From Gammaproteobacteria bacterium (lineage in GTDB: Bacteria; Pseudomonadota; Gammaproteobacteria; Steroidobacterales; Foliamicaceae), in NCBI GenBank assembly GCA_028285945.1, contig JAPYNE010000009.1:19585-83584 (forward strand): 64,000 nucleotides of DNA, given 5' to 3'. Numbering within the stretch: the stretch's first letter is position 1; each line of letters starts with the position of its first letter. The position numbers and the translations under genes were made by a program. Of the stretch, positions 46,460-55,062 are shown piece after piece. The notes below the pieces were generated by a model, which worked only from the letters and a program-made list of their open reading frames with translations, was not told the origin of the DNA and searched no databases.

Positions 46460-47517
46460 AGCACCCCCTCCTTGGCCAGGCGCTCGATGTCCTTCTCAAG
46501 CAGCGCGCGGAACTCGCCTTTTTGCGGAATGCGGACCTTGCCTGCGTCGTCGAGAAGCGGCCTTCCGGAATTCATCACCTTGCCGGCGTAGGTTGACGCG
46601 AAAGCCTGCATCGGCACCCGGGCCAGCGTATGGGTCATGCCCGCCATGCCTCTGCGGGCGCGCAGGCCCGCCAAATCGATGCTCGCATGCGCCACCATGC
46701 TTTCGCCGCCGTGCGCCGCCGCCGCGAGGATATGGCCCTCGAAATCGACGATTTTCGACATGCCGGTGCATGAATGCGAGGGTATGGGTATGTTGTCCAG
46801 CCACGCTGAATTGGCGCTCACCACGTAGGCGATGTTCTCCACCGCCCTAGCGCGCCGGGCCAGCTCTTTGCCTGTGGCGCGGTTGCTTCCGGCTTCGCTG
46901 GTGGGATGGACGAAGATTTCCGCGCCCCTCACCGCATGCGCCCGGGCGATTTCCGGATAGAGGATTTCCTCCGACGCGATCGCCGCGAGCCTGCCGATCG
47001 GCGTGTCCGCCACCGGAAACACGCCGTCTTCCCCGTAGAGGTCGAGGTAGGCCTCCCACACGTCGAACGGCGTTGGCGCGTTCATCGAGATCATCCTCCG
47101 GTAGCGGAGGATCACGTTGCCGGACGGATTGATGATGAAGCACGTCTGGAAGAATAATTCGGCGAACGCCGGGTCGATCTCGTAGCAGTTGCCGGCTAGG
47201 TAAACGCCGTTGCGTTGCGCCATCCCGCAGAGTTCGGCGTATTCCGGCCCGTCTTGCTCCAGCGCCGCGAGGTCCCGCCATTGATCGATGCACGACCCCA
47301 TCGGGAACCCGGTAAGAAAGTATTCCGGGAGAACGATGAGCTTGGGGGCCTCGCCCGAGTATTGCGTCGAAAAGGCGCAGCTTCCCGCAACGGCCCGCTC
47401 CGTCCGCCCAAGGTTCTCGCGCATCCGCCCGCGCGCCTCCTCGCGGCTTTTGCAGAAGCTGACCGCATGCGTGCCGGTTTGCAGGGCCAGCGCCGTATAT
47501 CGACCCACCGTATCCAT
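46456..47517 (-). CDS. carbon-nitrogen hydrolase (nitrilase superfamily) protein
   Basis: LIVLPEYFLTGFP (catalytic Glu region) and GRLAAIASEEILYPEIAR...GAEIFVHPTS. Overlaps the amidohydrolase start by 4 nt. Confidence 0.7.
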   Translation of the reverse strand: MDTVGRYTALALQTGTHAVSFCKSREEARGRMRENLGRTERAVAGSCAFSTQYSGEAPKLIVLPEYFLTGFPMGSCIDQWRDLAALEQDGPEYAELCGMAQRNGVYLAGNCYEIDPAFAELFFQTCFIINPSGNVILRYRRMISMNAPTPFDVWEAYLDLYGEDGVFPVADTPIGRLAAIASEEILYPEIARAHAVRGAEIFVHPTSEAGSNRATGKELARRARAVENIAYVVSANSAWLDNIPIPSHSCTGMSKIVDFEGHILAAAAHGGESMVAHASIDLAGLRARRGMAGMTHTLARVPMQAFASTYAGKVMNSGRPLLDDAGKVRIPQKGEFRALLEKDIERLAKEGVL

Positions 47518-47656
47518 GCGCCCATTATGGCCGCTACGGGTCGCCCATGTAAGCCAGCGCTTTTAAGCGCCCCGTCGTTTCGGGCCATCGCAGCTTGTTA
47601 ATTGCATCGCAATCGTCATTAGAATGAGGGCAACTGCGTGAACGGAGGGCATGGCC

Positions 47657-47899
47657 ATGGCTAGCATTACGATCCGAAACCTCGATGACGAGGTGAAGAC
47701 GCGCCTGCGTGTGCGCGCGGCCATGAACGAGCGCTCGATGGAAGAAGAAGCGCGCCTGATTTTGCGCGATGCCGTCGGACGCAAGCCGGGCGTTCAAAAT
47801 CTCGCGGCGGCCATACGCGCCCGGATCGCCCCGCTTGGCGGCGCGGATCTGGAGTTGCCGCCGCGCGGCCCCGACCGCGCACCGCCGGCTTTCGGCTGA
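47657..47899 (+). CDS. vapB: VapB/FitA-type (ribbon-helix-helix) antitoxin
   Basis: MASITIRNLDDEVKTRLRVRAAMNERSMEEEARLILRDAV. GGAGGG lies 6 nt upstream of ATG 47657. Confidence 0.75.
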   Translation: MASITIRNLDDEVKTRLRVRAAMNERSMEEEARLILRDAVGRKPGVQNLAAAIRARIAPLGGADLELPPRGPDRAPPAFG

Positions 47900-47909
47900 G
47901 GCTGGCTTG

Positions 47910-48044
47910 ATGACCGTGCTGCTGGACACGAATGTGGTGTCCGAAATGCCGCGCCCGCTGCCAAATCCGGCAGTGGCCACGCGCAACGTCCGGGACTTCG
48001 AGGGCATGGGCATCGAAGTCATCAATCCTTGGACGGCCGGGTGA
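47910..48044 (+). pseudogene. vapC: vapC/fitB PIN-toxin remnant with a large in-frame internal deletion
   Basis: The 44-aa product MTVLLDTNVVSEMPRPLPNPAV|ATRNVRDFEGMGIEVINPWTAG joins the PIN N-terminus directly to the C-terminal TRNxxDF...INPW motif. Confidence 0.65.
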
Positions 48045-50185
48045 GCGGCACGACCGAAGCGTTCGCGCGGGTCAAGATCGACGCGCTGCTCAAGGATGCG
48101 GGCTGGGACCTGACCGATGGCTCAAGTGTCCTGTTCGAGCACGCGCTGCCGGACGGCACGCAGGCCGACTACGTGCTCTGCGACCGGCAGGGCCGCCCGA
48201 TGGCGGCGCTGGAGGCCAAGCGCGCGAGCGTTGATCCCATTGCGGCGCAGGACCAGGGGCGGCGCTACGCCGAGCAGCTCGGCGTGCCGTTCGTGTTCCT
48301 TTCGAACGGCGAGGAAGTGCGGTTCCTTGACCGCCAGGCCGATGCCCATGCGCGCAGGATCGCGGGCTTTTACGCGCAGGACGATCTTGAACGGCGAATC
48401 GCCGCCCGCCGGGTGCGTCGCGACCTGTCCAAGGTTGCCATCGACCGGAAGGTCGTTGACCGAGACTACCAGATCGAATGCGTCGAGGCGCTGTGCGCCG
48501 AAGTCTCCAGCGGTCGGCGCAAGCTGCTGGTCGAGATGGCCACCGGAACCGGCAAGACGCGCATGGCGGCGGCTTTCATCAAGCGGCTGTTCGAGGCGGG
48601 CATCGTCACCCGCGTGCTGTTTCTCGTTGACCGCATCGCCCTGGCCCGGCAAGCCGAGGACGCCTTCACCGACCATCTGCGGGACTACCCCTGCCACGTT
48701 CTGCGGCCCGGCCGCGGCTTCGACCGCGCCAAGCGCGTGACGATAGCGACGCTGCAAACCATGGTCGCGGAGTACCGCGGCCTTTCCCCGGGCTACTTCG
48801 ATCTGGTCGTCACCGACGAATGCCACCGCTCGATCTACGGCAAGTGGAGCGGCGCGCTGCGGCATTTCGACGGCATCCAGCTCGGCCTCACGGCCACGCC
48901 CTGCACGGCGGACGCGGACGCGCCGCCCGATCCCGAGGACGGGAAGTTCGTGCGCGACACCCTCCGGTTCTTCGAGCTTGCCGAGCCCACCTACCGCTAC
49001 ACGCTGCCGCAGGCCATCGAGGAGGGCCACCTCGCGCCCTACCGCATCTACAAGGCGATGACGGTCAAGACCGCCGCCGAGGGCGGGTTCGAGGTCCGCC
49101 GCGGCGATCTCGACTGGAGCGCGATGGACAACAGGACGCGGGACGAGTTCGAGGCGCTGTTCGCCGGTTCGGAGACGATCGCAATGGATCCGAACGCCTT
49201 GGAGCGCAAGTTCACCGTGCCCGAACGCAACCGCGCCTTAGTACGGGAGTTCCGCGATGTGCTCGAAAAGGGCTTCACGGGCGGGGACGGCGTGCGGCGC
49301 TGGCCCGCTTGGGGCAAGACCATCGTGTTCGCGGTCACCAAGCGCCACGCCGAGACGCTGGCGGAGATGTTCGACGAGCGCTTCGCGGACAGGAAGCCGC
49401 ATCCGTCCACGCGCTACGCGGACTTCGTGGTGAGCGACCTGGGCGGCGGCCCCGCGCCCGACGCAAGCGCCGTCATCAAGCGCTTCAAGGACGAGGACTT
49501 CCCGAAGATCCTCGTGAGCGTGAACATGCTGGACACGGGTTTCGATTGCCCGGAAGTCGTTAATCTCGTGATGGCGCGGTTCACCCGCAGCGCGATTCTC
49601 TACCGGCAGATGCGCGGACGCGGCACGCGCAAGGCGCCGCACATCCGCAAGCACGACTTCACGATCTTCGACTTTGCGGGCGTGGCCGATTTCCACGGCG
49701 ACGACGAAAGCGAGATCAAGGGCGGGCCGGTCCGCGAGGTTGACCGGCCGGGCCGCCCTTCCGACCCCCGCATGCTGCTGACCTTGGATGTGGACGACCA
49801 CATCGATCCGGCGAGCCGCGAGTGGCTGACTCTGGACGAGAACGGCCGGATCGCGCGCGCGGCGGAGCACGAGGCGCGCGCCTGCGAGGTGGGCGTGCGC
49901 TTCGAGGCATGGCGGGGAGAGCAGGAGGATTTCAATGCGGAGCAGGCGCGCTGGGCGGGGCTGATCGGCAGCCGCGTGAAGGCGGACGCGATGGGCATGG
50001 ACGCGTTCGGCGAATGGAATTTCGACGAGCATCCCTTCGCCGCCCTCGGCGGCTACGACCAGGCGCGCCGCGTGTTCGGCGGCGGGCAATCCCTCGACCG
50101 GCTGATCGCCGGGTTCAACGCCGCGGTGTTCGGCCAGGGGCAGGCGGCGCGCAATGCCGGAAGCGGCCCCGCCGGAGAGGGCTAG
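48041..50185 (+). CDS. hsdR: type I restriction enzyme R subunit (EcoEI-like)
   Basis: N-terminal nuclease-like domain (KIDALLKDAGW...ADYVL), helicase motif I MATGTGKT, motif II VVTDECH, LGLTATP, and a C-terminal EcoEI_R_C-like tail. GTG 48041 overlaps the vapC-remnant stop; TTG 48029 is an alternative start. Confidence 0.85.
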   Translation: MSGTTEAFARVKIDALLKDAGWDLTDGSSVLFEHALPDGTQADYVLCDRQGRPMAALEAKRASVDPIAAQDQGRRYAEQLGVPFVFLSNGEEVRFLDRQADAHARRIAGFYAQDDLERRIAARRVRRDLSKVAIDRKVVDRDYQIECVEALCAEVSSGRRKLLVEMATGTGKTRMAAAFIKRLFEAGIVTRVLFLVDRIALARQAEDAFTDHLRDYPCHVLRPGRGFDRAKRVTIATLQTMVAEYRGLSPGYFDLVVTDECHRSIYGKWSGALRHFDGIQLGLTATPCTADADAPPDPEDGKFVRDTLRFFELAEPTYRYTLPQAIEEGHLAPYRIYKAMTVKTAAEGGFEVRRGDLDWSAMDNRTRDEFEALFAGSETIAMDPNALERKFTVPERNRALVREFRDVLEKGFTGGDGVRRWPAWGKTIVFAVTKRHAETLAEMFDERFADRKPHPSTRYADFVVSDLGGGPAPDASAVIKRFKDEDFPKILVSVNMLDTGFDCPEVVNLVMARFTRSAILYRQMRGRGTRKAPHIRKHDFTIFDFAGVADFHGDDESEIKGGPVREVDRPGRPSDPRMLLTLDVDDHIDPASREWLTLDENGRIARAAEHEARACEVGVRFEAWRGEQEDFNAEQARWAGLIGSRVKADAMGMDAFGEWNFDEHPFAALGGYDQARRVFGGGQSLDRLIAGFNAAVFGQGQAARNAGSGPAGEG

Positions 50186-50189
50186 CAGC

Positions 50190-51818
50190 ATGCCCATGAC
50201 GCCCGAGCTGCGGCGCGGCATCGACCGCATCCGCGATTATCTGTTCGGCGGCGGCTACCCGAACCCGGCCCAGAACGCCGAGCAGCTCAGCTTCCTGATC
50301 TATTTCTACATGCACGAGGCTGCGGACGCGGCGCGAGCTCGCGCGGCGCAGCGGCCAGGCGCCGCGCCCCACGTCGGCGCGTACGAAGGCGAATGGAGCC
50401 TGCGCGACCCGCGCAATGCCAGCGAACCGGATGCGGCCGCCGTGCCGCGCGGGCTTCTGCGCTGGTCGTCCTGGGCGCACGCGCTGAACGGGGAGCGGCT
50501 GGTCAACTGGGTGCGCGAAGAGGTCTTTCCATTCCATGCCGAGCTGGCGGCGGGCGGCGTGACGGACTTCATGGACGGCGCCCGGCTGGTGATCGACGAG
50601 CCGACCGTGCTCACCCAAGTGGTGAGCCAGTTGAGCGATCTGCGTCTCGACCGGGTGGATGCGGACACGAAGGGCGACTTGTTCGAGCATGTGCTGCGCC
50701 AGATCCGGAAGGCGGGCGAGCTCGGCCAGTTCCGAACGCCGCGCCATGTCATCCGCGCCCTGGTGCGGCTGGTCGATCCCCGGATCGGCGAGACCATCTA
50801 CGACCCGGCCGCCGGAACGGCCGGCTTCCTGGCCGCCGCGTGGGACCATATCCGGCTCGCCAACTCCTCGCCCGACGGGATTGAGGAGGTCAAGGCGGAT
50901 GGCAAGACCGTCCAGCGGGGCCTCGGCGACATGCTGAGCCGCGGCGCCGTGAAACAATTGCGCGAAGCGACCTTCTACGGCGCCGACGTGGATCCTCAGA
51001 TGGTCCGCCTCGCCACCATGAACCTGACTTTGCGGGGGCTGGACCGGGTGAGGATCCTGAGGCGCGACGCGCTGACCCGCTCCCTCGACCGGGCGGCCAA
51101 GGCGGAACTCGGCTTTCCGGCGCGCGGCTTCGACGTGATCCTCGCCAATCCCCCATTCTCCGGCCGGCTGGACAAGGACCGCATCGTCGAGGACGTGAGG
51201 ATCGGCCGCACGGCGCAAACCGAACTGCTGTTCCTGCAATACATGCTCAACCACCTTGTGGATGGCGGGCGCTGCGGCGTGGTCGTGCCTGAGGGCGTGC
51301 TTTTCGGCGGCAGCGGCGCGCATAAGGAATTGAGGCGCAAGCTGATCGAGAACAACACCGTCGAAGCCGTGCTGTCGCTGCCGGGCGGCGTGTTCAACCC
51401 CTATTCCGGCGTCAAAACCTCGGTGCTGGTCTTCCGCAAGGGCGGCGCGACCGAGCGCGTGATGTTCCTGAACGCCGGCAACGACGGCTTCAAGCTCGAC
51501 GCCAACCACGACCAGCCCATCGACGAGGACGACCTGCCCGGCCTGATCGAGGCGTTCCGCGACCGGGAGGCAAGGTGGCGCGCATGGCAGGACCGTGATG
51601 CGAAGGCCGACTGGACTGAAAAGTGGTGGTTCGCGGATGCCGACGCGATCCGCGCCGCCGACCTCAACCTCAGCGCCAACCGCCACCGCCCACAGAGCCG
51701 CGCAAAGGCGGAGCATCGCGATCCGCTGGAAATCCTGGAGGAGTTGCGGGCTATCGAAACGGAGATACTCGGCGAAATCGACGCGCTAGCCGAAGCTGTT
51801 AGTGGAGCCGGCTCGTGA
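50190..51818 (+). CDS. hsdM: type I R-M N6-adenine DNA methyltransferase subunit
   Basis: HsdM N-domain (IRDYLFGGGYPNPAQNAEQLSFLI), SAM motif IYDPAAGTAGFL, catalytic ILANPPFSG. Start moved to ATG 50190. Confidence 0.9.
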   Translation: MPMTPELRRGIDRIRDYLFGGGYPNPAQNAEQLSFLIYFYMHEAADAARARAAQRPGAAPHVGAYEGEWSLRDPRNASEPDAAAVPRGLLRWSSWAHALNGERLVNWVREEVFPFHAELAAGGVTDFMDGARLVIDEPTVLTQVVSQLSDLRLDRVDADTKGDLFEHVLRQIRKAGELGQFRTPRHVIRALVRLVDPRIGETIYDPAAGTAGFLAAAWDHIRLANSSPDGIEEVKADGKTVQRGLGDMLSRGAVKQLREATFYGADVDPQMVRLATMNLTLRGLDRVRILRRDALTRSLDRAAKAELGFPARGFDVILANPPFSGRLDKDRIVEDVRIGRTAQTELLFLQYMLNHLVDGGRCGVVVPEGVLFGGSGAHKELRRKLIENNTVEAVLSLPGGVFNPYSGVKTSVLVFRKGGATERVMFLNAGNDGFKLDANHDQPIDEDDLPGLIEAFRDREARWRAWQDRDAKADWTEKWWFADADAIRAADLNLSANRHRPQSRAKAEHRDPLEILEELRAIETEILGEIDALAEAVSGAGS

Positions 51819-53095
51819 AGCCGCAACCTGTAAAGCATATGCCCCTTGGCGAAGTGGCCGATGTGATTCGCGGCGTCACTTTTAGGAAGTCGGACGCCGC
51901 TGACTCTCCTGCGTCAGATCGAACGCCAGTGCTGCGAGCAGGAAATATCGGCAAGGACCTGGATTTAGACAATGGTCTTGTATGGGTGCCGAGTGATCTT
52001 GTGCTTCAAAAGCAACGTACGTTGCGAGGCGACATCGTGATGTGTGCATCATCGGGTAGTTCGGTTGTTGTGGGCAAAAGCGCTCCTCTTCGGCAACAGT
52101 GGAACGGAACGATCGGGGCATTTTGCATCGTCATTCGACCCAAATCGAAAGCTTGCGATCCCGGATTTCTTGGATTTTTTCTTGGGAGTCCTCATTTTCG
52201 CCAATGGGCGTCACAGGCTCCCGGAGCCAACATAAAAAACATCCGCAAGAGTGATTTGCAGCAGTACCTTGTTCCCCTCCCGCCTCTCGACGAGCAGCGG
52301 CGGATCGTCGCCATCCTGAACCGGGCGGCGAAGATCGAGCGGCTGAAGAAGCAAGCGCAGGAGCGGCTGCGGGAATTCATCCCCGCGCTTTTCGTCAAAA
52401 TGTTCGGCGATCCGGCCGGGAACCCTATGGGGTGGCCTGTTCTCTCTCTCGGTGAACTGTCGGTAATTGGTCCTCAGTACGGAGCCAATGCCCGGTCGAA
52501 AACGCTCTTGTCAGGCGAACCACGTTATGTGCGCATCACTGATATACAAGAAGGAGGAGGGTTGTCAGACGAAGCCGTCGGAGTGCCGCTTCCGAACTGG
52601 GAGAAGTATCGGCTCCGCGATGGAGACCTTCTTTTTGCACGAAGCGGCGCTACTGTAGGAAAGCCATACATTTATCGACCGCAAGACGGGCTTTGTGTTT
52701 TTGCGGGGTATCTGATTCGCTTCCGGCTGGAGGCAACTAAACTTCATCCTGAAGTCTTATTTGGGCTGACCCAGACTTATGCCTATAGCGCGTGGGTCAA
52801 GAGTAAACGACGTACAGTTGCACAACCGAATATCAACGGTCGGGAATTTGCCACACTGAGAATCCCGGTGCCTCCGCGAAGGCTTCAAAATCAGTACGTC
52901 CAAATGGTCGAAGCGGCGCGTTCCACCGCTGCCTTGGCAGACTCCGGCGTTGCAGTTAGCTCGGCGCTAAACATGTCACTCATGCCCCAACTGCTGCAAA
53001 ACCAAAGCCCGTCAATGCAATATCATCCGAGCCAAATGGACATGTCGCTGAGCTTAAGGCAGAGCGGCGGGCCAGCTAGTGGAGAAGAGAAATGA
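51815..53095 (+). CDS. hsdS: type I R-M specificity subunit
   Basis: Two target-recognition domains separated by the conserved helix LPPLDEQRRIVAILNRAAKIERLKKQAQERL, with a second conserved helix near the C-terminus. The GTG start overlaps the hsdM stop (GTGA). Confidence 0.85.
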   Translation: MKPQPVKHMPLGEVADVIRGVTFRKSDAADSPASDRTPVLRAGNIGKDLDLDNGLVWVPSDLVLQKQRTLRGDIVMCASSGSSVVVGKSAPLRQQWNGTIGAFCIVIRPKSKACDPGFLGFFLGSPHFRQWASQAPGANIKNIRKSDLQQYLVPLPPLDEQRRIVAILNRAAKIERLKKQAQERLREFIPALFVKMFGDPAGNPMGWPVLSLGELSVIGPQYGANARSKTLLSGEPRYVRITDIQEGGGLSDEAVGVPLPNWEKYRLRDGDLLFARSGATVGKPYIYRPQDGLCVFAGYLIRFRLEATKLHPEVLFGLTQTYAYSAWVKSKRRTVAQPNINGREFATLRIPVPPRRLQNQYVQMVEAARSTAALADSGVAVSSALNMSLMPQLLQNQSPSMQYHPSQMDMSLSLRQSGGPASGEEK

Positions 53096-54147
53096 TTCAC
53101 TTGAGTAGCTTTACGGCAGTTAGGTACCGTGGAATTGATGGATTGTCGGTGCCTAAACTGACGAGGGCTAATCTTTTCACAGGAGTGAATGGCATCGGCA
53201 AAACGGCATTGCTCGAAGCCATATGGCTTTTCACAGGAAGGTACAACCCTGGTCTGTTGTGGAACGCTAACGTGCAGCGTTCTGGGGGGCCGCTTGTGGA
53301 CCCCCTTTCCCGGCTAACGCATGACAAGCTGGAGCTTCGCGGGATGGAGAACGGCGAAGATCGTTGCCTCAGTTATGTTTTTGAGAAAATCAACGGTTCT
53401 GTTGATCGGGCGCCAGCTGCCCATCCCCTGCGGGAAGACATTGCCAATTTGCCGCCAGTTGTTGGCCTAATCCGCGCTTACCTAGATGGCAAGCCCTTAG
53501 AAGAGGATTCTAGAGGCCTGCATGTAACTCCCTCTGGAGCGGTGCTGCATCAATCCGGCGAGATGGCTTCCGAACGTCCCAGCTGTGTCATCGAGAACAC
53601 AAGATTCCATAATGAAGTTCCACTCGAGTATTTGCAGAGATATTCCGATCTGGTAAGGGAAGGCCAAAAAGCCGAGTTAGTAGGCGCAGTCAATATGGTT
53701 GTTGAGGGAATCGAAGACTTGGAGATTTTGACCGAAGACAGCGGTGGGACATACCTCTCGGTAGTGATGAGGCATGGGAAGCCGCGGTCGATTCATGATC
53801 TGGGAGGTGGAGCAGTCAGGCTGGCTAGGCTGCTGCTTGGTTTTTCTGCATCCCGGAACGGCATTTTCCTATCGGATGAGATGGAGAACGGTATCCATTA
53901 CCGCGCCCAACGGTCAATTTGGGATAGAGCGCGAGAATGGATGACTCAATGGAATGTGCAATTTGTAGCCACCACCCACAGTGGTGAACTGGTCAATGCA
54001 GCGATCGAAGCGTTTGCGGAAAAGGCTGCGGATGATCTCTCGATACACCAAATCTTCCAAAACGACAGGACAGGACAGTTGGAGATTGCGACTTTTACCG
54101 GCGAGTCACTCGCGGGCGCACGAGACCTCAACCTGGAGGTCCGTTGA
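53092..54147 (+). CDS. ABC/SMC-type AAA ATPase (AAA_21-like; AriA/AbiLi/RloA-like)
   Basis: Walker A GVNGIGKT, signature-like LGGGAVRLARLLL, Walker B IFLSDEMENGIH, H-loop VATTHS. ATGA overlap with the hsdS stop. Confidence 0.8.
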   Translation: MIHLSSFTAVRYRGIDGLSVPKLTRANLFTGVNGIGKTALLEAIWLFTGRYNPGLLWNANVQRSGGPLVDPLSRLTHDKLELRGMENGEDRCLSYVFEKINGSVDRAPAAHPLREDIANLPPVVGLIRAYLDGKPLEEDSRGLHVTPSGAVLHQSGEMASERPSCVIENTRFHNEVPLEYLQRYSDLVREGQKAELVGAVNMVVEGIEDLEILTEDSGGTYLSVVMRHGKPRSIHDLGGGAVRLARLLLGFSASRNGIFLSDEMENGIHYRAQRSIWDRAREWMTQWNVQFVATTHSGELVNAAIEAFAEKAADDLSIHQIFQNDRTGQLEIATFTGESLAGARDLNLEVR

Positions 54148-54806
54148 TGCGGCCCTCTGACGATGGTTATTCCCAGAAACCCGAAGGCGGATTGAGAATT
54201 CAATCCGACCGGTTGCTGCTGGTTGAAGGCCGAGACGAAGTCAATTTTCTGTCTGTTTTGATCCGCGAGTGCATTGGCGAGGATGCAGGTGTTCAGCTGA
54301 TCGACGCAGGTGGAAAGGACCAATTCGCTACAAATCTAGAAGCGATACGAATCTCGGCAAAAACTCGCCCGACCTTGGGTTTCATCGGTGTTATTCGGGA
54401 CGCGGACGATGATGCACGAGGTGCCTTTGAGAGCGTGCGTAGCGCGCTTCGCAAGGTTGGATACGAATCCCCAAGCTCCCATGGAAACTTTTCGGACTCG
54501 TCTCCTTCCATTGGCATTTTCATTGTTCCGGACGGAGTGAGCAGCGGTGCCATTGAAACCTTGTGCCGCCGGTCTGTGGAAAATTCCGCTGCGGGTAGAT
54601 GCGTAAACATGTATCTCGATTGCCTCGTTGAGCACAACGCCATGGAATCATCGAACAAGGATAAAAGTTTTTCGCACGCATACTTGGCTTCCATGCGTAA
54701 TCCGGTGGCCAGAGTTGGAGAAGGCGCGTTGGGCGGTGCTTGGAATTTCGATTCCCCTGTGTTTCGAGACATCCTAGACTTCATTCGCACGCTCCAATCC
54801 CAATAA
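54147..54806 (+). CDS. Toprim-like small protein (DUF3226/DUF4435/RloB-type)
   Basis: LLLVEGRDEVNFL (Toprim Glu), GVIRDADDD (DxD), IFIVPDG...GAIETLC. The ATG shares 1 nt with the ATPase TGA. Confidence 0.65.
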   Translation: MRPSDDGYSQKPEGGLRIQSDRLLLVEGRDEVNFLSVLIRECIGEDAGVQLIDAGGKDQFATNLEAIRISAKTRPTLGFIGVIRDADDDARGAFESVRSALRKVGYESPSSHGNFSDSSPSIGIFIVPDGVSSGAIETLCRRSVENSAAGRCVNMYLDCLVEHNAMESSNKDKSFSHAYLASMRNPVARVGEGALGGAWNFDSPVFRDILDFIRTLQSQ

Positions 54807-54852
54807 CAGTCTTCACCGAATCCTTGGCTTGTTGGCGGAGCGGGAAACAGAG

Positions 54853-55062
54853 ATGGAATATACAGCCGTCATTAAGAAGAGCGGCGAATGGTGGATTGGC
54901 TGGATTGAGGAGGTTCCCGGCGTGAATTGCCAGGAACCTACGCGCGAGGAGCTGCGTCGAAGCCTTTCGGAGACGCTTGCCGAGGCTTTGGAATTCAATC
55001 GGCAAGACGCACGGGCCGCTGCCGGCGATCATTATTTTGAGGAGAAGGTTGCTATCGCATGA
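54853..55062 (+). CDS. hicB: HicB-family antitoxin
   Basis: MEYTAVIKKSGEWWIGWIEEVPGVNCQEPTREELRRSLSETLAEALE is a typical short HicB fold signature. Confidence 0.7.
   Translation: MEYTAVIKKSGEWWIGWIEEVPGVNCQEPTREELRRSLSETLAEALEFNRQDARAAAGDHYFEEKVAIA

Noticed and set aside
47604-47614. Short direct repeat GCATCGCAATC (47604-47614) versus GCATCGCGCAATC (55091-55103) at the two ends of island 3, as possible att sites
   Set aside because: It is only 11-13 bp and imperfect, which is easily chance in 64 kb, and no integrase is present.
50115-51716. 533-aa minus-strand ORF
   Set aside because: It is antisense to hsdM, which has clear methyltransferase motifs (NPPF, SAM site). The translation is low-complexity and Arg/Gly/Ala-rich.
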